Assembly (NCBI GenBank): GCA_964187785.1
Contig: OZ076409.1
Span: forward strand, 77,998,001-78,062,000
Origin: Amphiscolops sp. MND2022
Taxonomy: Eukaryota
DNA: 64,000 bases
Direction of reading: 5' to 3'
The notes below the pieces were generated by a model that worked only from the letters and a program-made list of their open reading frames with translations, was not told the origin of the DNA and did no database searches. Within the stretch, counting starts at the first letter, position 1; each line of letters opens with the position of its first letter. This document shows, one piece after another, positions 1 to 12,100 of this stretch. Position numbers and translations under genes: made by a program.

Positions 1-185
1 GCGAAAATGTTCCTAGGTGGTGGAGGAATGCCTAACGCCGAATATTGATAGCTGTTTTTCATCAGAGACATAGCGACTCGTTCATTTATTTACCAACACA
101 TTCATTTACCAAACCTATAAAGTTGAAGCAAAGATATCTTTAGAAGTTACCGGTACGGAAAAATACAAGTGGATGAATAATTTAC

Positions 186-3100
186 GGAAGCTTCCGTGGT
201 AACAGAACTTCTTACAAACTGGGATCCCAATTGTTTCGGTAATGCAACGAAAGCACGCAGACCAAAACAAGCTGCCCAAAGACTAGTTATAAAGGACTTT
301 GACACTGAGCTCACTGACCAAGAAGCAAATGAAGACCTCAAAAATGAATACCCTGACGCCGAACTGAAATGTTTCACAAGAAGAGACGGGACACGCTTGT
401 CAACTGCTACCATTGAATTTTCTAATGAACAATCTCACTCCACCGAACATTAACGGACTTTCGAATCACTCCAAAGCAAGCTGTGGAAAGTTACATTGAT
501 GAACAAGGGGTTGGAGTGCTAGCATTATGCGAGACTGGCAAACTTTTAGGACAAAATGACTTCAGAAACTACATCACCTGTAGCAAAAACCAAAGAAAAG
601 GAGTGAGTATCTCAATTCACGACAGTCAACAATCGACGGAACTAAAATGCCTTATGACCAAAATTATAGACATTGTCTTCGCTCTAATCATAAGAGAAAA
701 CCAAAAGTTCGTCGTAGGAGCCGCATACGTACCACCCGATGATCAAGCTTCACTTGACCTGCTGTTAAAATCTCTAACATTTTGTGTCGCCTTCTGTAAT
801 GAACACAATATAAACAATCTGATTTTCATGGGAGACTTCAACTGCGCCATGAAGCGTGGAACGACACTACTCGAAACCAAATCGGCCAACTTCTTCATGA
901 GTACATAGAATCAGCAGAGCATCTAACAATAGCAAACCCAAATACTCCAACCTTCAGCTGCATAAACGGCTCCAGCATTCTAGACCTCTGTATTACCAGT
1001 CCAAATTTTCTTCCCTCCTTGAGTAACATCATGACAGACAACACAATTGAACTCTTTACAGGTGCACCCAATCGGGGTCACTTCCCAGTCACATGGGAAT
1101 GGTTGGTACCCAACTCAGCCAAGAAACAAGTTAAATGGGACCTTACTACAACTAATTGGGAATACTGGTGTCAACAGCTGGATGAGATGAGTCTGACAAC
1201 GCTACAAGACATTTCAATCTTAGATGACCCTTTTCAAATTTGGCATTCTATCAAAGATCTACTAAAGCAATGCATGATCGATGTCATTGACACGAAAGTT
1301 ATCACCCGTCACTCGAAGCCTTATTGGAATGAACGTCGAACGTATTGAAAAGATCTTCGACAAGTCAAAAAGAAGCTGAAACAACGGGAAAAAGGCAGCC
1401 ATTGGGCTCAGTATATGAGACACAAAGAACTCTTCAAATTAGAACTTAACCGCTCACTCAACACCTGGCTACAAAACAACTTAACAAATCTGAACAAAAC
1501 ATCAGGGCCAGACTTCTGGAAGAAATATCAACGTTTCATTGTGGACAGAAACAAAATAACTCTGGGGGTTCTCAAAAACCATGAAGGAAAACTTGTCTCT
1601 TCCACAGAAGAAAGAATTGAAGTTCTAAAAAGATCTTTCTTCACTGGGGAACACCTTAAAAGCCAGAATTTCAGCGAAATTGATCGATTGCAAGCTGTGA
1701 TCACAAAACTAGACTTCTCAGCAAAGATGCACTAGATGAAAAAAGTTGCTTTCTCAACGAACCCATTTCACTCCATGAAATAGAAACAGCCCTGAAAAAT
1801 CTTAAAACTGTATGCAAAGCTTTCGATCCTGATGGCTTTCATCCAAAACTCATTAAGCACTCCGGTCCCCGTTTCCGGTTGATTCTTCAATATCTCATCA
1901 GCAAATCACTGGAATGCGAAAAATGGGTCTGGCGGGAAGGAAAGGTTATTTTTCTCTCAAAAAATGGCAAAAAAGATTATCTAGAAGCAAAAAGTTTCAG
2001 GCCAATAACACTATTAAGTGTGATCGGCAAGCTTTTCGAATCAATCATCGCGGCTAGAATTAACTGGATACTAACTATAAATTATGCTCTTGATGACAAT
2101 CAGGAAGGTTTTCGAAGCGGACGAGGAACATCGCGAATGCTGTACAAAATTTTCAGCGACATCAATGGTATAAACTACCAAAAACGCCGAGCCGTCCTAG
2201 TTGGGATTGACCTTGAAAAAGCCTTTGACAGTGTGGACGTGAACCTAATGACTATTGAACTTATAAACGCAGGAGTTGTCGGAAAACTTGCCCGACTGAT
2301 TCATGATTATCTTTCCTCCCGGACTAACCGCATTCAAATCGATGACACCGTATCGCCGCAGTTTAGTTGTGAACTCGGTCTACCGCATAGAAGTATTCTA
2401 TCCCCGCTACTCTTCATCATTTTTATAATCGACATAGTTAGCGACCCTACACTTACCCACTACAAATGTGCCGATGACACTACACTCTTAGTCGAGTCAA
2501 ACACAGCATCAGATTCGCTTCTGAAAGCGTCTGAAGCCATCGAACAGGTCACGAATTGGTGCTTCCGAAATAGAATTATGATCAACGTCTCGAAAACTTT
2601 TTTTCTTCCCATCAACTTCTCCAAAGAGGAACTGGACCAAGCTCAAAGTTTCACCCACAAAGGCACGAAGGTAGTGAAAGAAAGATTGACTGTCACGGGA
2701 ATAGAAATTGGCGCTGTCAACGAAACCATCATGACCGCAACAAGAAAAGGCTGGGCTGAATGGGCCAAACTCAAGCAATTTTGTCAGATAACAAACGGTT
2801 TGAATTGCAAAACAATCATTAAACTTTACAGATGTGTTATTCAACCAAAAGTCTTTTACGGTCTTCCTGCCTGGAATACTGAAAACCTCAGTAAATTTAG
2901 CGATTTACAAAACACTGTTCTTCACACAGCCACCGGAGGCTACAGCAAACCGGCTGTCAGGAATCTGGAGCTGATGACAGGCGTCAAACCTGTAGACATC
3001 CAAGTTCAAATACTGACAATCAAATTCTTATCGAAAGTTCTCAGTACAAATGACTACATGAAAAAATACATTCTTGAAAATGCTGACACAAACCCGAAAG

Positions 3101-3668
3101 TTGAACGCGACCTAAAGATGCTCAAATGTTTTTTGGCATGGAAATTCAACTCAAGAACGAACAGAAACATTGACATAAAAGATTTGACAGCCTACACCCT
3201 TACATACAACCAAGCTGAAATCGAAAAATACGAATTAGGACTTTGGCAGAGACACTGGACCCATCAATGTGAGACCCCGCCAGTTCCACTCAACCACAAA
3301 ATCCAAATGCAGTACAGATTTTCCCGGAAAGACGAAGTAGACACCTTCAGAATAATATCAGGCCACTGCAAATTAAACGATTTTCTCTACAAAATTTGGA
3401 AAGCACCTTCTCCAAGATGCTCCTGTGGTTTTAACGAAGAAACAGTGGAACATTTCTTACTCTTCTGCAATATGTTCGATGAGCCTAGAGAAAAATGGCA
3501 AATTCGAGGCTCCCTGTCGGAAGCTCTCCAAAACAAGAACTTTACTGACTTTATCAAAGAAACAGAACGGTTTAATTGACTTCATGAGAACTTGTGTCAT
3601 TTCATCTTGTTTGAATAACTAAGATTGTTAACTGCTCGCAAAAAGGAGCTATCAGAATTATATATATA
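186..3668 (+). mobile_element. Degenerate non-LTR retrotransposon (LINE) with ORF1 remnant, APE endonuclease, RT and C-terminal Zn finger
   Basis: Broken ORFs 196-453, 483-908 (AAYVPP, IFMGDFN), 1019-1348, 1415-1735, 1879-3579 (FRPITLLS, QEGFR, DLEKAFDSV, CADD for YADD, CSCG..ETVEHFLLFC); short (TA)n tail near 3659-3668; several frameshifts/stops. Confidence 0.9.
1879..3579 (+). pseudogene. LINE reverse transcriptase fragment
   Basis: RT motifs present but altered (GLPHRS for GxPQGS, CADD); separated from upstream ORF2 pieces by stops/frameshifts. Confidence 0.85.
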
Positions 3669-5995
3669 GTAGTAGTAAAAGACTCAATTCACTGAGGACA
3701 GGAAGCGTAAACAACAATACGTATGAATGCTGCATTTACATGTTTGAAAGATATATATTTAGAAAGAAATACGATATCAGGAACGACACACAGAACATCT
3801 ACATCTCACATGATAGGTACACATGTTATTGTAGTTAAACTTTGTTCTAGTCAGATTTTTCAAATATTCAGAAAGTGCATGTTTGAATTTTTCCAACGGC
3901 CAATTGAAGTCAATGATTTTATCTGCAAGTAACACATTGCTTATCCAAGGAGCACGAACACAAAATTTTTCCATGGATTTCCACTTTGAAGAGTAGCTGA
4001 TTTCAAAAAGATCAAGTCGTGAATTTCTGGTTAGATTGCATTTTTGCTTCAGAGGCATCGTAATATGGAAATCGACACGTTTGTTCACAATTTTCCAAAG
4101 AAGAATGACATCGGCCCGAACAAGTTGATAACAAATTGGAAGGAGATCCAATCTTTCCAAGGTACATTCATAATCCAGGCCAGGACAGATCCATCGGAGC
4201 ACTTTTTTCTGGAAATTTTCCAAGCACTGTAGGCTAAAACAACAAGGGGCCCAACAAGGTGAAGCATACAAAAGAATACTCAGAACTAAAGTTTTATACA
4301 ACATTAACTTCTTCCCAGTTGAGAGACTAAACGGTAACACACGTCTGATAAATTGAAACACTTTGATCCCTTTTTGGATTGCTTTTAGGATGTGATCTTT
4401 CCAATTTAAATCTTTTGATATCAGGACACCTAAATCCAATATTTGATCTACGGAAATGAATGGGTTTTCTCCAAGGCGTAACGTCGAAGGTTGCGTTGAA
4501 TTTGAGCAGGGGAAAAGCTTCAACTTTGTAGTATTGAACTCCATTCGGTTATCATCATATTGTAGTAGACTGTTGATATCCATTTGGGTTTCAATGTTGG
4601 GTAGCATTGCAATCAGTTTGAGATCATCTGCAAAGAGAAAATCATGTGTGTATTGAATAACAGAGGGTAGGTCGTTTATAAATAGAAGGAACAACAGGGG
4701 ACCCAGGGTACTGCCTTGTGGTACTCCCGAAGTTATGGGCAGAATGCTTGAGCAAATATCATCAAAGCGAACACATTGTGAGCGGTCTGAAAGATAAGAG
4801 GCAAGTAACATTGTGATATTTCGATCAAAACCAAAAGACGGGAGCTTTTTGATGAGAAGATCATGAGGCACAGTGTCGAAAGCTTTCGCAAAATCGAAGT
4901 AAACACAAGAAAAGGGGATGTTTTGATCCAAACAATCATACAGGGCATCGAGATAGTGAATCAGTTGGGTTACTGTATTTCGCTTAGTCATAAAACCGAA
5001 TTGTGAATTAACGATTTTAGCTCTGACGCGAGGATAAATATGATCGAAAAGTATCTTCTCTAGAATGAGTGAAACGCGTGGTAAAATGCTGATTGGCCGA
5101 TAGTTAGTAACACAAGAAATAGATCCAGACTTATGCAGAGGGGTTATGTAAGCCAATTTCCATTCGGAGGGCCAGCTACAAGATTGAATAATTGAGAGAA
5201 ACAGATATTGTACTGCAGGTGCAATAAGATAGCCAGTATGTTTAAGCACAAAACAAGGAATGCCATCGGAAGTACAAGCAGTTGAGTCGTCAGCAAGTGT
5301 TAAGAGGGATACGATAGTTTCTAATTTGATATCGAGGTCGTCCAACGAAACTTCAATGTTTTCGGGCCATACCATATCATCAAGGTTTACCATAGTAGCT
5401 GGTTTGTAGACGGAGGCAAAGTATTTATTTAGCAGTTCACATTTTGAAAAATCGTCAGCTGAAGTATTATCACCATTTTTGAGCGTATTTGGTAAGCCCC
5501 TTTTTGAATTAAGAGACCGTAATAACTTGAAACAATGATTAGAATCTTTCAAATGTAGGTTTTCAACTAAAGAGGCTTTATCTAATTCAATGGAGAAAGA
5601 TAGATTTTGTTCACAGATATTGAGAGAAGCTGCATAAGAAGCGTTCCAATTTTTATCCAATTTTCTTTGTAAAGTGTTTTTACAATTTGCTAGGTGGACA
5701 GTATGAGATGAGAAGTAATATGGATATAATTGGCGCTTTTTACGTTTTTTAGAGAGCGATTTTTCCATGACTTCATGGAAATATTGGTACTATATCTCGA
5801 CAAAAATTGAGCGGAAAAACGAAACAGTTGGAAAGAAAGTTATAAAGTGGGTTAAGATTCTCGTTGAATGTTGCCAGAATTAAAGAGGATCGACTGTATT
5901 GTTTGCCAGTTGGAAGAGACTGTAGCATTTCGAAGGAGTTTATTCGTGTTTAAACAAATACTGGAAAATGATCGGAAATTTTCTCAGAATGGACA
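3669..5995 (-). mobile_element. CR1/L2-group LINE, 5' part runs into the assembly gap
   Basis: ORF 3777-5768 with NYRPISIL, QFGF, DFAKAFDTV, GVPQGS, FADDLK, DLGV; APE end motif ISDHFPV just before the gap; short (TAC)n tail near 3669-3678. Confidence 0.9.
3777..5768 (-). CDS. LINE ORF2 reverse transcriptase portion (663 aa open)
   Basis: Canonical non-LTR RT motifs; upstream endonuclease part is separated by a stop. Confidence 0.85.
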   Translation of the reverse strand: MEKSLSKKRKKRQLYPYYFSSHTVHLANCKNTLQRKLDKNWNASYAASLNICEQNLSFSIELDKASLVENLHLKDSNHCFKLLRSLNSKRGLPNTLKNGDNTSADDFSKCELLNKYFASVYKPATMVNLDDMVWPENIEVSLDDLDIKLETIVSLLTLADDSTACTSDGIPCFVLKHTGYLIAPAVQYLFLSIIQSCSWPSEWKLAYITPLHKSGSISCVTNYRPISILPRVSLILEKILFDHIYPRVRAKIVNSQFGFMTKRNTVTQLIHYLDALYDCLDQNIPFSCVYFDFAKAFDTVPHDLLIKKLPSFGFDRNITMLLASYLSDRSQCVRFDDICSSILPITSGVPQGSTLGPLLFLLFINDLPSVIQYTHDFLFADDLKLIAMLPNIETQMDINSLLQYDDNRMEFNTTKLKLFPCSNSTQPSTLRLGENPFISVDQILDLGVLISKDLNWKDHILKAIQKGIKVFQFIRRVLPFSLSTGKKLMLYKTLVLSILLYASPCWAPCCFSLQCLENFQKKVLRWICPGLDYECTLERLDLLPICYQLVRADVILLWKIVNKRVDFHITMPLKQKCNLTRNSRLDLFEISYSSKWKSMEKFCVRAPWISNVLLADKIIDFNWPLEKFKHALSEYLKNLTRTKFNYNNMCTYHVRCRCSVCRS

Positions 5996-6195
5996 NNNNN
6001 NNNNNNNNNNNNNNNNNNNNNNNNNNNNNNNNNNNNNNNNNNNNNNNNNNNNNNNNNNNNNNNNNNNNNNNNNNNNNNNNNNNNNNNNNNNNNNNNNNNN
6101 NNNNNNNNNNNNNNNNNNNNNNNNNNNNNNNNNNNNNNNNNNNNNNNNNNNNNNNNNNNNNNNNNNNNNNNNNNNNNNNNNNNNNNNNNNNNNNN
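5996..6195. other. Assembly gap (N run)
   Basis: Run of N bases. Confidence 1.
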
Positions 6196-6214
6196 TGATG
6201 ACAAGCGTTATCAT

Positions 6215-6234
6215 TACAGTGGGGTAACCGGCAA
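6215..6234 (+). repeat. Left terminal inverted repeat
   Basis: TACAGTGGGGTAACCGGCAA, preceded by ATCAT. Confidence 0.92.
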
Positions 6235-6892
6235 GGCCTTCCAAAACTCGGAAAATGTTGGGCAAAAACTCGGGAATGCATGGGCGAGTTTTGTTGTTCA
6301 TAACTGAAAATCTCGGAAACGCATGGGCGAAGTCAACTAATTGTTGAACATAATCTGTCCATTCGTTTCCCACCAAGTGTGGCCTTTCAATTTGATAGAA
6401 ACTTTGAATACATATCAAAAAATGTCCGAGATATACCTAATCAACTAAAGATAAGGATTTGCCGATTATCAGAATTTTAGTAAACCCTTCCCAGGTACTT
6501 TTTTTCGAAATAAATTTGAATAATGATTATCAAGCTTCCATGCTTCTCATCATTCCACCTTAAATCGAACAACTCTCATTTAATATAATTGAATAAGCTT
6601 AAACTCATACTATATATCAATCAATAGGAAGATTAGGAGATTACAAGAAGATTAGATTGGTATCATAAGATCTTTCCGGGGGCTTGTCTTTTTGAACAAT
6701 TTAATCCTCATTACTTTTTGTTTGACTCAATTGTTTAATGTTATTGTTGTCAATTATTACAATGTCGCTCCACTACTGTTCTTTTGCCCCAAATCGAAAA
6801 CAAAATGATTCACAAGAGACTGATTCAATTAAGAAACATAATGGAAAAGATATCACAATTGTTATGGCAATGGATACAAAAAATGAATAAAT

Positions 6893-8437
6893 TTAAAAAC
6901 TAAACTGACTTCTGCAATTATTGGCTGCGGAACGACGATATTCGTCATCGCCATTTAAATTGTCCTGGAAACAATCGATAGATACTCGCACAGTTTTCAG
7001 CAGAAAATCGTTGTTAATTGAAAATTTTAGGCTTTTGATAATGTGGCAGAAAGTTTTAGGGAAGATTGGTGGGAGCATATCCCATTGTCGGCCTAGGGTA
7101 CTGTCCCATTCTGCATTTTTGTGGAACTTTTCTGAGTCAGGATCTATATGAAATTTGACTTGGTGTCCAGAACCCATTAAAAAGATATTGTTGGAAATTT
7201 CGTCAACCAAGCAAATGTCCTGATTCATCATTGTGCGTTTGGACTGGGATATCCCGACCAAACGTTTCAGCGCTGACAGGTAATGAAAAGCTCTATTCAC
7301 AGGTGAACAAGCTGCGGACAAGTCCAGAGCTTTCTGCTTCATGTAGTTTGCTTCTGTCAACACTAGCTTTACAGCTGGGTAAGTGATGGAGTAGCATCTG
7401 TCTTCTTCATCGACCAGTTTCGCCATGGCCTTCTTCATCTCCACGTCGAACCATATCTTCTCCAATTTCATCGTGAAGACCGTGCTCCTAATGTTTATCG
7501 TAACGTGGTCACCTGATAACAGAATGCGAATATTCAGTTTCATTTAGTAATAATAATTTATTAACCACTTGAGAAAGATTTATGCGACAAAGTTTCTATA
7601 AGCATGTAAATTTTTCGAGAGGACGCTCGTGGCAAAAAACTTGGTTTCAGTTTTTTTGTTTGATTTTTTTTAGTACCGTAGAAGTTAGACTAGTAATAAT
7701 CAAATTGATCATTTACCTGCTGATGCAATACCATTTTCGCAGGGTACAATGTCCAGAAGTTCGTCTTTCTCGGCAAGACTCGCAATATATGCGGCAATAT
7801 CAATTTTCTGTCTGGGAGTGGTTATAGTGGGTTCTGGTTCTGCATCTGTTTCTACTACTCTCTTTTTTTGCCGCGATGGTTGGACATCTTCGGGCTCCGA
7901 ATCAAACTCTGAAGGCTGCCTCGTGTCAGGATGAGTCCAGTTCTTCGGACGAATTTGTTCATAGTCGATGAACTGGATGTCCTTTGTGCGCCCGTCGAAG
8001 GAAACAGCCATATTTTGCTGGAATGGGTCATTCATGACAACATAACCCGAGTTCAGCAGCTTCGACTCCTCGGCATCTTTTCTAACCTCTTCCAAACTAG
8101 GAATGTCCGCTGGTGATTTCCGTGATGTCCCAGTGAAAAAGATTCTGTCCCCTAGTTGGCGCTTTCTTGGGTCGGGGATGTCAAAAACGGTTTCTGCTGG
8201 CTTCTTGGATTTCCGGCGACCGCGGACATCTTGTAATACTATACATTTTCTAACCGGCCAGCAATTTTGGGGTGTGTTGGGGGACACTTCAATTCTGTCT
8301 GATCCGAATCGCTTCACAAGTTTATCGGGCCAATTGAGGTATTTCACTCGGATTCCAAATGATCCTTCAAACCCAATGATGCGAGCATCTTCCCAAATTT
8401 TTGTTGCAGGATCCAAAACTTGAACTTGCTCTTTCAT
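6893..8437 (-). CDS. Two-exon gene with N-terminal Tudor/chromo-barrel-like domain(s); exons ~8437-7717 and 7512-6893
   Basis: Phase-1 GT-AG intron 7513-7716 joins ORFs 7709-8494 and 6893-7543 in frame; VQVLDPATKIWEDARIIG..IRVKYLNW resembles PHF20/MBT-type Royal-family barrels; start codon approximate. Confidence 0.6.
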
Positions 8438-8737
8438 ATCAAAAACACTGATGAAATCCATTTCAATTAATGAAATTAGTGCTTTATTTTTCAAGAAATT
8501 TAATTTCGTAAACGAGTATTTTCAGTATTGCATTTGCCACTAATGTTTATCAAGCAAGTTTGAGCAAATAAAATCGTTATCGGGACAAATGATTATCAAG
8601 TGAGTTTGATCGACTCAAATCGTTACATACGCATAAGATGAATTTTAAATGTCAGACGCATATTAATTAATTGTCAGACGCATTTTAAATGACAATAAAC
8701 CCCCAGACACTTTTGCACGGAACATCCAAAACGTAGC

Positions 8738-9065
8738 ACGATAAATTTATAATTTTTTGTCAAACGCTTTTCGATCAAGCAGACGCATTTCAAAATCCAC
8801 GTGAGTGTGAGCACGCTAAAACTACAATTACTCGATTTATTTCCGATATAATCAATAACATCAATAACGTAATACGATAATTTTATAATATTTTGTCAAA
8901 CGCTTTTCGATCAAGCAGACGCATTTCAAAATCCACGTGAGTGTGAACACGCTAAAACTACAATTACTCGATTTATTTCCGATATAATCAATAACATCAA
9001 TAACGTAATACGATAATTTTATAATTTTTTGTCAAACGCTTTGCGAACCAGCAGACGCATTTCAA
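8738..9065. repeat. 136-bp tandem repeat (~2.4 copies) in the divergent intergenic region
   Basis: CAAACGCTTT recurs at 8761, 8897 and 9033. Confidence 0.85.
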
Positions 9066-9170
9066 GAATGGAAACGCTAGTGTGGAAACGATAAAGTGTC
9101 AATACGCTTTTGAAAAAACAACAACTACTAGAATAACTTCCAATATAACTTTCGACGTACGACAATCAGG

Positions 9171-12100
9171 ATGACAATACACCCCGAGAAGCTTCTGCAC
9201 GATTACACTGAAACAATTGATGGAAAAAGTTTTGTGGATGCTAAAATTTTGGATGTTTTTGCTGGGCATATTATAAGAGAAAAATCTCGAAAACTGAAAA
9301 GCGCGATCGAAATAGTAATTGAAGGAACTGAATTAAAACTCGAAGATTGTGTAATAAACAAAAAAAAACTTGCTTTGTTGCAATTGGAATATTGCAAATA
9401 ATAATTGTTCGTGGTTTACAAAGTGGGTTTCCATGGACACAATTACGAAGAAGATACGTGTCCTATTTTTTCCCAAATACGCCGCAGCTAATTCCCGACT
9501 CACAACCTTTTGTCAATCCACTTCCAATGCCAACAATCCCAGTGGAGCAGTTTTCTAAACCTGAATCAGGTTTCAGTCAGAAGATGCATACAATTCTCGC
9601 AACATTAGCAGCTACAGAACAAAAGCGGATTCATACTAAGGCCCAGAAGACCTCTCTGCATCAATTTGAAGCCAAGGCTCTGGTTAAGGGTGTTTTTTCA
9701 AACTATTTATCGTACGAAAAGCTGAAGTCAGACATATTTATCTGTACTAAAACTGGTAGTTGGATAAATATGATCAACACGCTGAAAAAAACTTTCCATG
9801 TCGATGGACTGGGTCAAAAACAACTAATTCCTGGTTCTACGGCGATCAAAGAGATGTCAAAACCGATGATTTCAAAGTTTATATCCCTATTCAAACCAAA
9901 AAACACTTTCTCGGGATTCAGAATTGATTTTGTACGTGCTATCAAAGTCATGACATTCATTCTGTTCAAAGGAAGAACTGATTTGCAAGGTCTGAAAGTT
10001 GATATTTGGGGAGATGGTGTTCAAATAGGGAAAAAGGATCAAACTCGAATGGCCTTCCGTTTTCTCGAAGGAACATCTATCAGCAATCAGTCATCAGATG
10101 CACTCTTCTCTTTTGCTGTTTTCCAAGGTATGTTCTGCTATTTTGTCCTGCTGAATCTTTAAATATAATTTAGCTCTAGGTTAGCTTCGCACACTTTACA
10201 ATACGTGTTTACAGGTCACGACGGTCGTTGGTTGCTAGAGCAAAATGTCGGGTACCTGGAACTAGGTGAGCAAGATTCCTCTTGGCTTTACCAGCAGACG
10301 AAACAACTCCATGACGCCGGAGTCCTTTTAACATACAGTGGAGATCAACCATTCCTAAATCGCCTTCTCATTGGAACCTCTGTTGATCACATGGAGAGTG
10401 AAGAAAATCCATCAAAATTGCAGATGTATCTTGGGAATGACGATTCAGTTAAACCAGAAACCGTGCACGAAAAAAGTGGACATCGAGGTGATGTTCGCCT
10501 ACCATTTCGAACCACCATTCCTCATGAAAGTTTGACGTTTTTGCCAGACATCAGATGCGTTTGTCCCGACGGCACTCATGCAATAACAAGGTGTGTCGAG
10601 GGAGACATTAGAAAGTTCATGGAGTTGAAAATTCTCCAATCTGAAGATGACTCAGCTACAGTTGATTATATTAGGGAAAATTTTCAGCGCAATTTGACCG
10701 AGAGAGGTTGGAAAGAGCCTGGCTTCGAATTTGACATTGACAAACGCAACAAAAAATGTGCTCCCATTTCCCTTAGTGGCAGAGAAGCTATCACTGGCAT
10801 TGCTGATATGTACGAACTTGCTGAGGCTGGTGTTCAGCATGAACTGTTCGAAGGAGTTTTTTCCGAGAACAAGACTGTTGGAGCCTTGTCGGGTACAAAA
10901 AGTGCAAGCATGAATGTGTTGAAAAATCTTCATCCCAATTCATTCGAAAATATCGAAAGCCCATGTCAAATGAAACTTTTGGTTGCAGCTGAACTCTGGA
11001 GAAAGTCACTAAATCAGCTTACCGTGCTGATGAGGACGAGGAAGAAATTCGAAGAACAGGACTTTTCCGACTATAAATACTGGTCAGAAATCCACTATCA
11101 CATTTCGATTGTACTGTTCGATGTAAAACTAGGTTTGACACCGTACAGACTGAAACTGTGCCTGATTCCCCAGCTGTTAGAAGGAGGCTACATTGAATCA
11201 CCCTTTAACCACCTGTGCGAAGGCCCCGAAAAATCAAATCATCATGTCCATAGAGACTTTCAGCAAAAGACCATGCGAGGGGGAGGGACAGTTCGACACG
11301 CCGACCCCATGTTTCTCGAAATGTTTTTCACTTTCTGTTCTGGTCTCCGGTTTTCGACTTTGGAAGGCACAATCGACGAACAGCTCTCACTTTGCCATCA
11401 ACGGCTTTTCAATGAACCCATAGAGGTGAACCTATCTTTTTTAGACTCCCTGGGACCAACTGAGAAAGCCATCATTCCCGTTGGAAAAGTTCGAGAGAAG
11501 TCCCGCCTTTTCTTGGGTAAGGATTTTTTTTGTACCTATATGCCCACGTCCAACTTTTTTGGTTATGAAACCTAAGTGGTATAAATTTAGCGAAATTTAG
11601 TTGGATAAACCAACAATATAGTGTGAATTTTGCTTTTCTTGCGACTCCGAAATAAATGTAGTGGATCGTTGAACAAATGTTTGACTTGAGTTTTGCTGAA
11701 TATTTGTATTGCACCGCAACACGTTGACAAATATTAGTCCTAAGTTACTCGGATGAAATACTTCCTCAAAACAGCAACAGATTCCAAGTACCACTGGCGT
11801 AGTGGTTACTTCGTGCGACGTTCCGTCGTTCCGCCGCTCGTTCGCTCTTGGTATACAGGTTCGCTTCTCTGCGCCGCTGTTGGTGCAGCCTTCGGTAACC
11901 AGTGGCTGGTATTGTGTCTGGTATTGTGTGTGGTAGCCATTGGCTGGTATTACTTGCCATAGATGTCGATTGCCGGTGACGACCGCGCATTCAACAACTG
12001 TGGCAATTAGTGAGTAGATTGAGATTGGAATTCTCTCTGGCGGAGAGAGAAATCCAATCTCAATCTACTTATTTTTATGTTTTCAACTTATTATTTGCAA

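Noticed and set aside
5868..6418. ORFs spanning the N run
   Set aside because: Artefacts of translating through the gap
11753..11990. Small membrane-protein or antisense ORF in transposase intron 2
   Set aside because: Under 75 aa on either strand with no recognisable motif; cannot be supported
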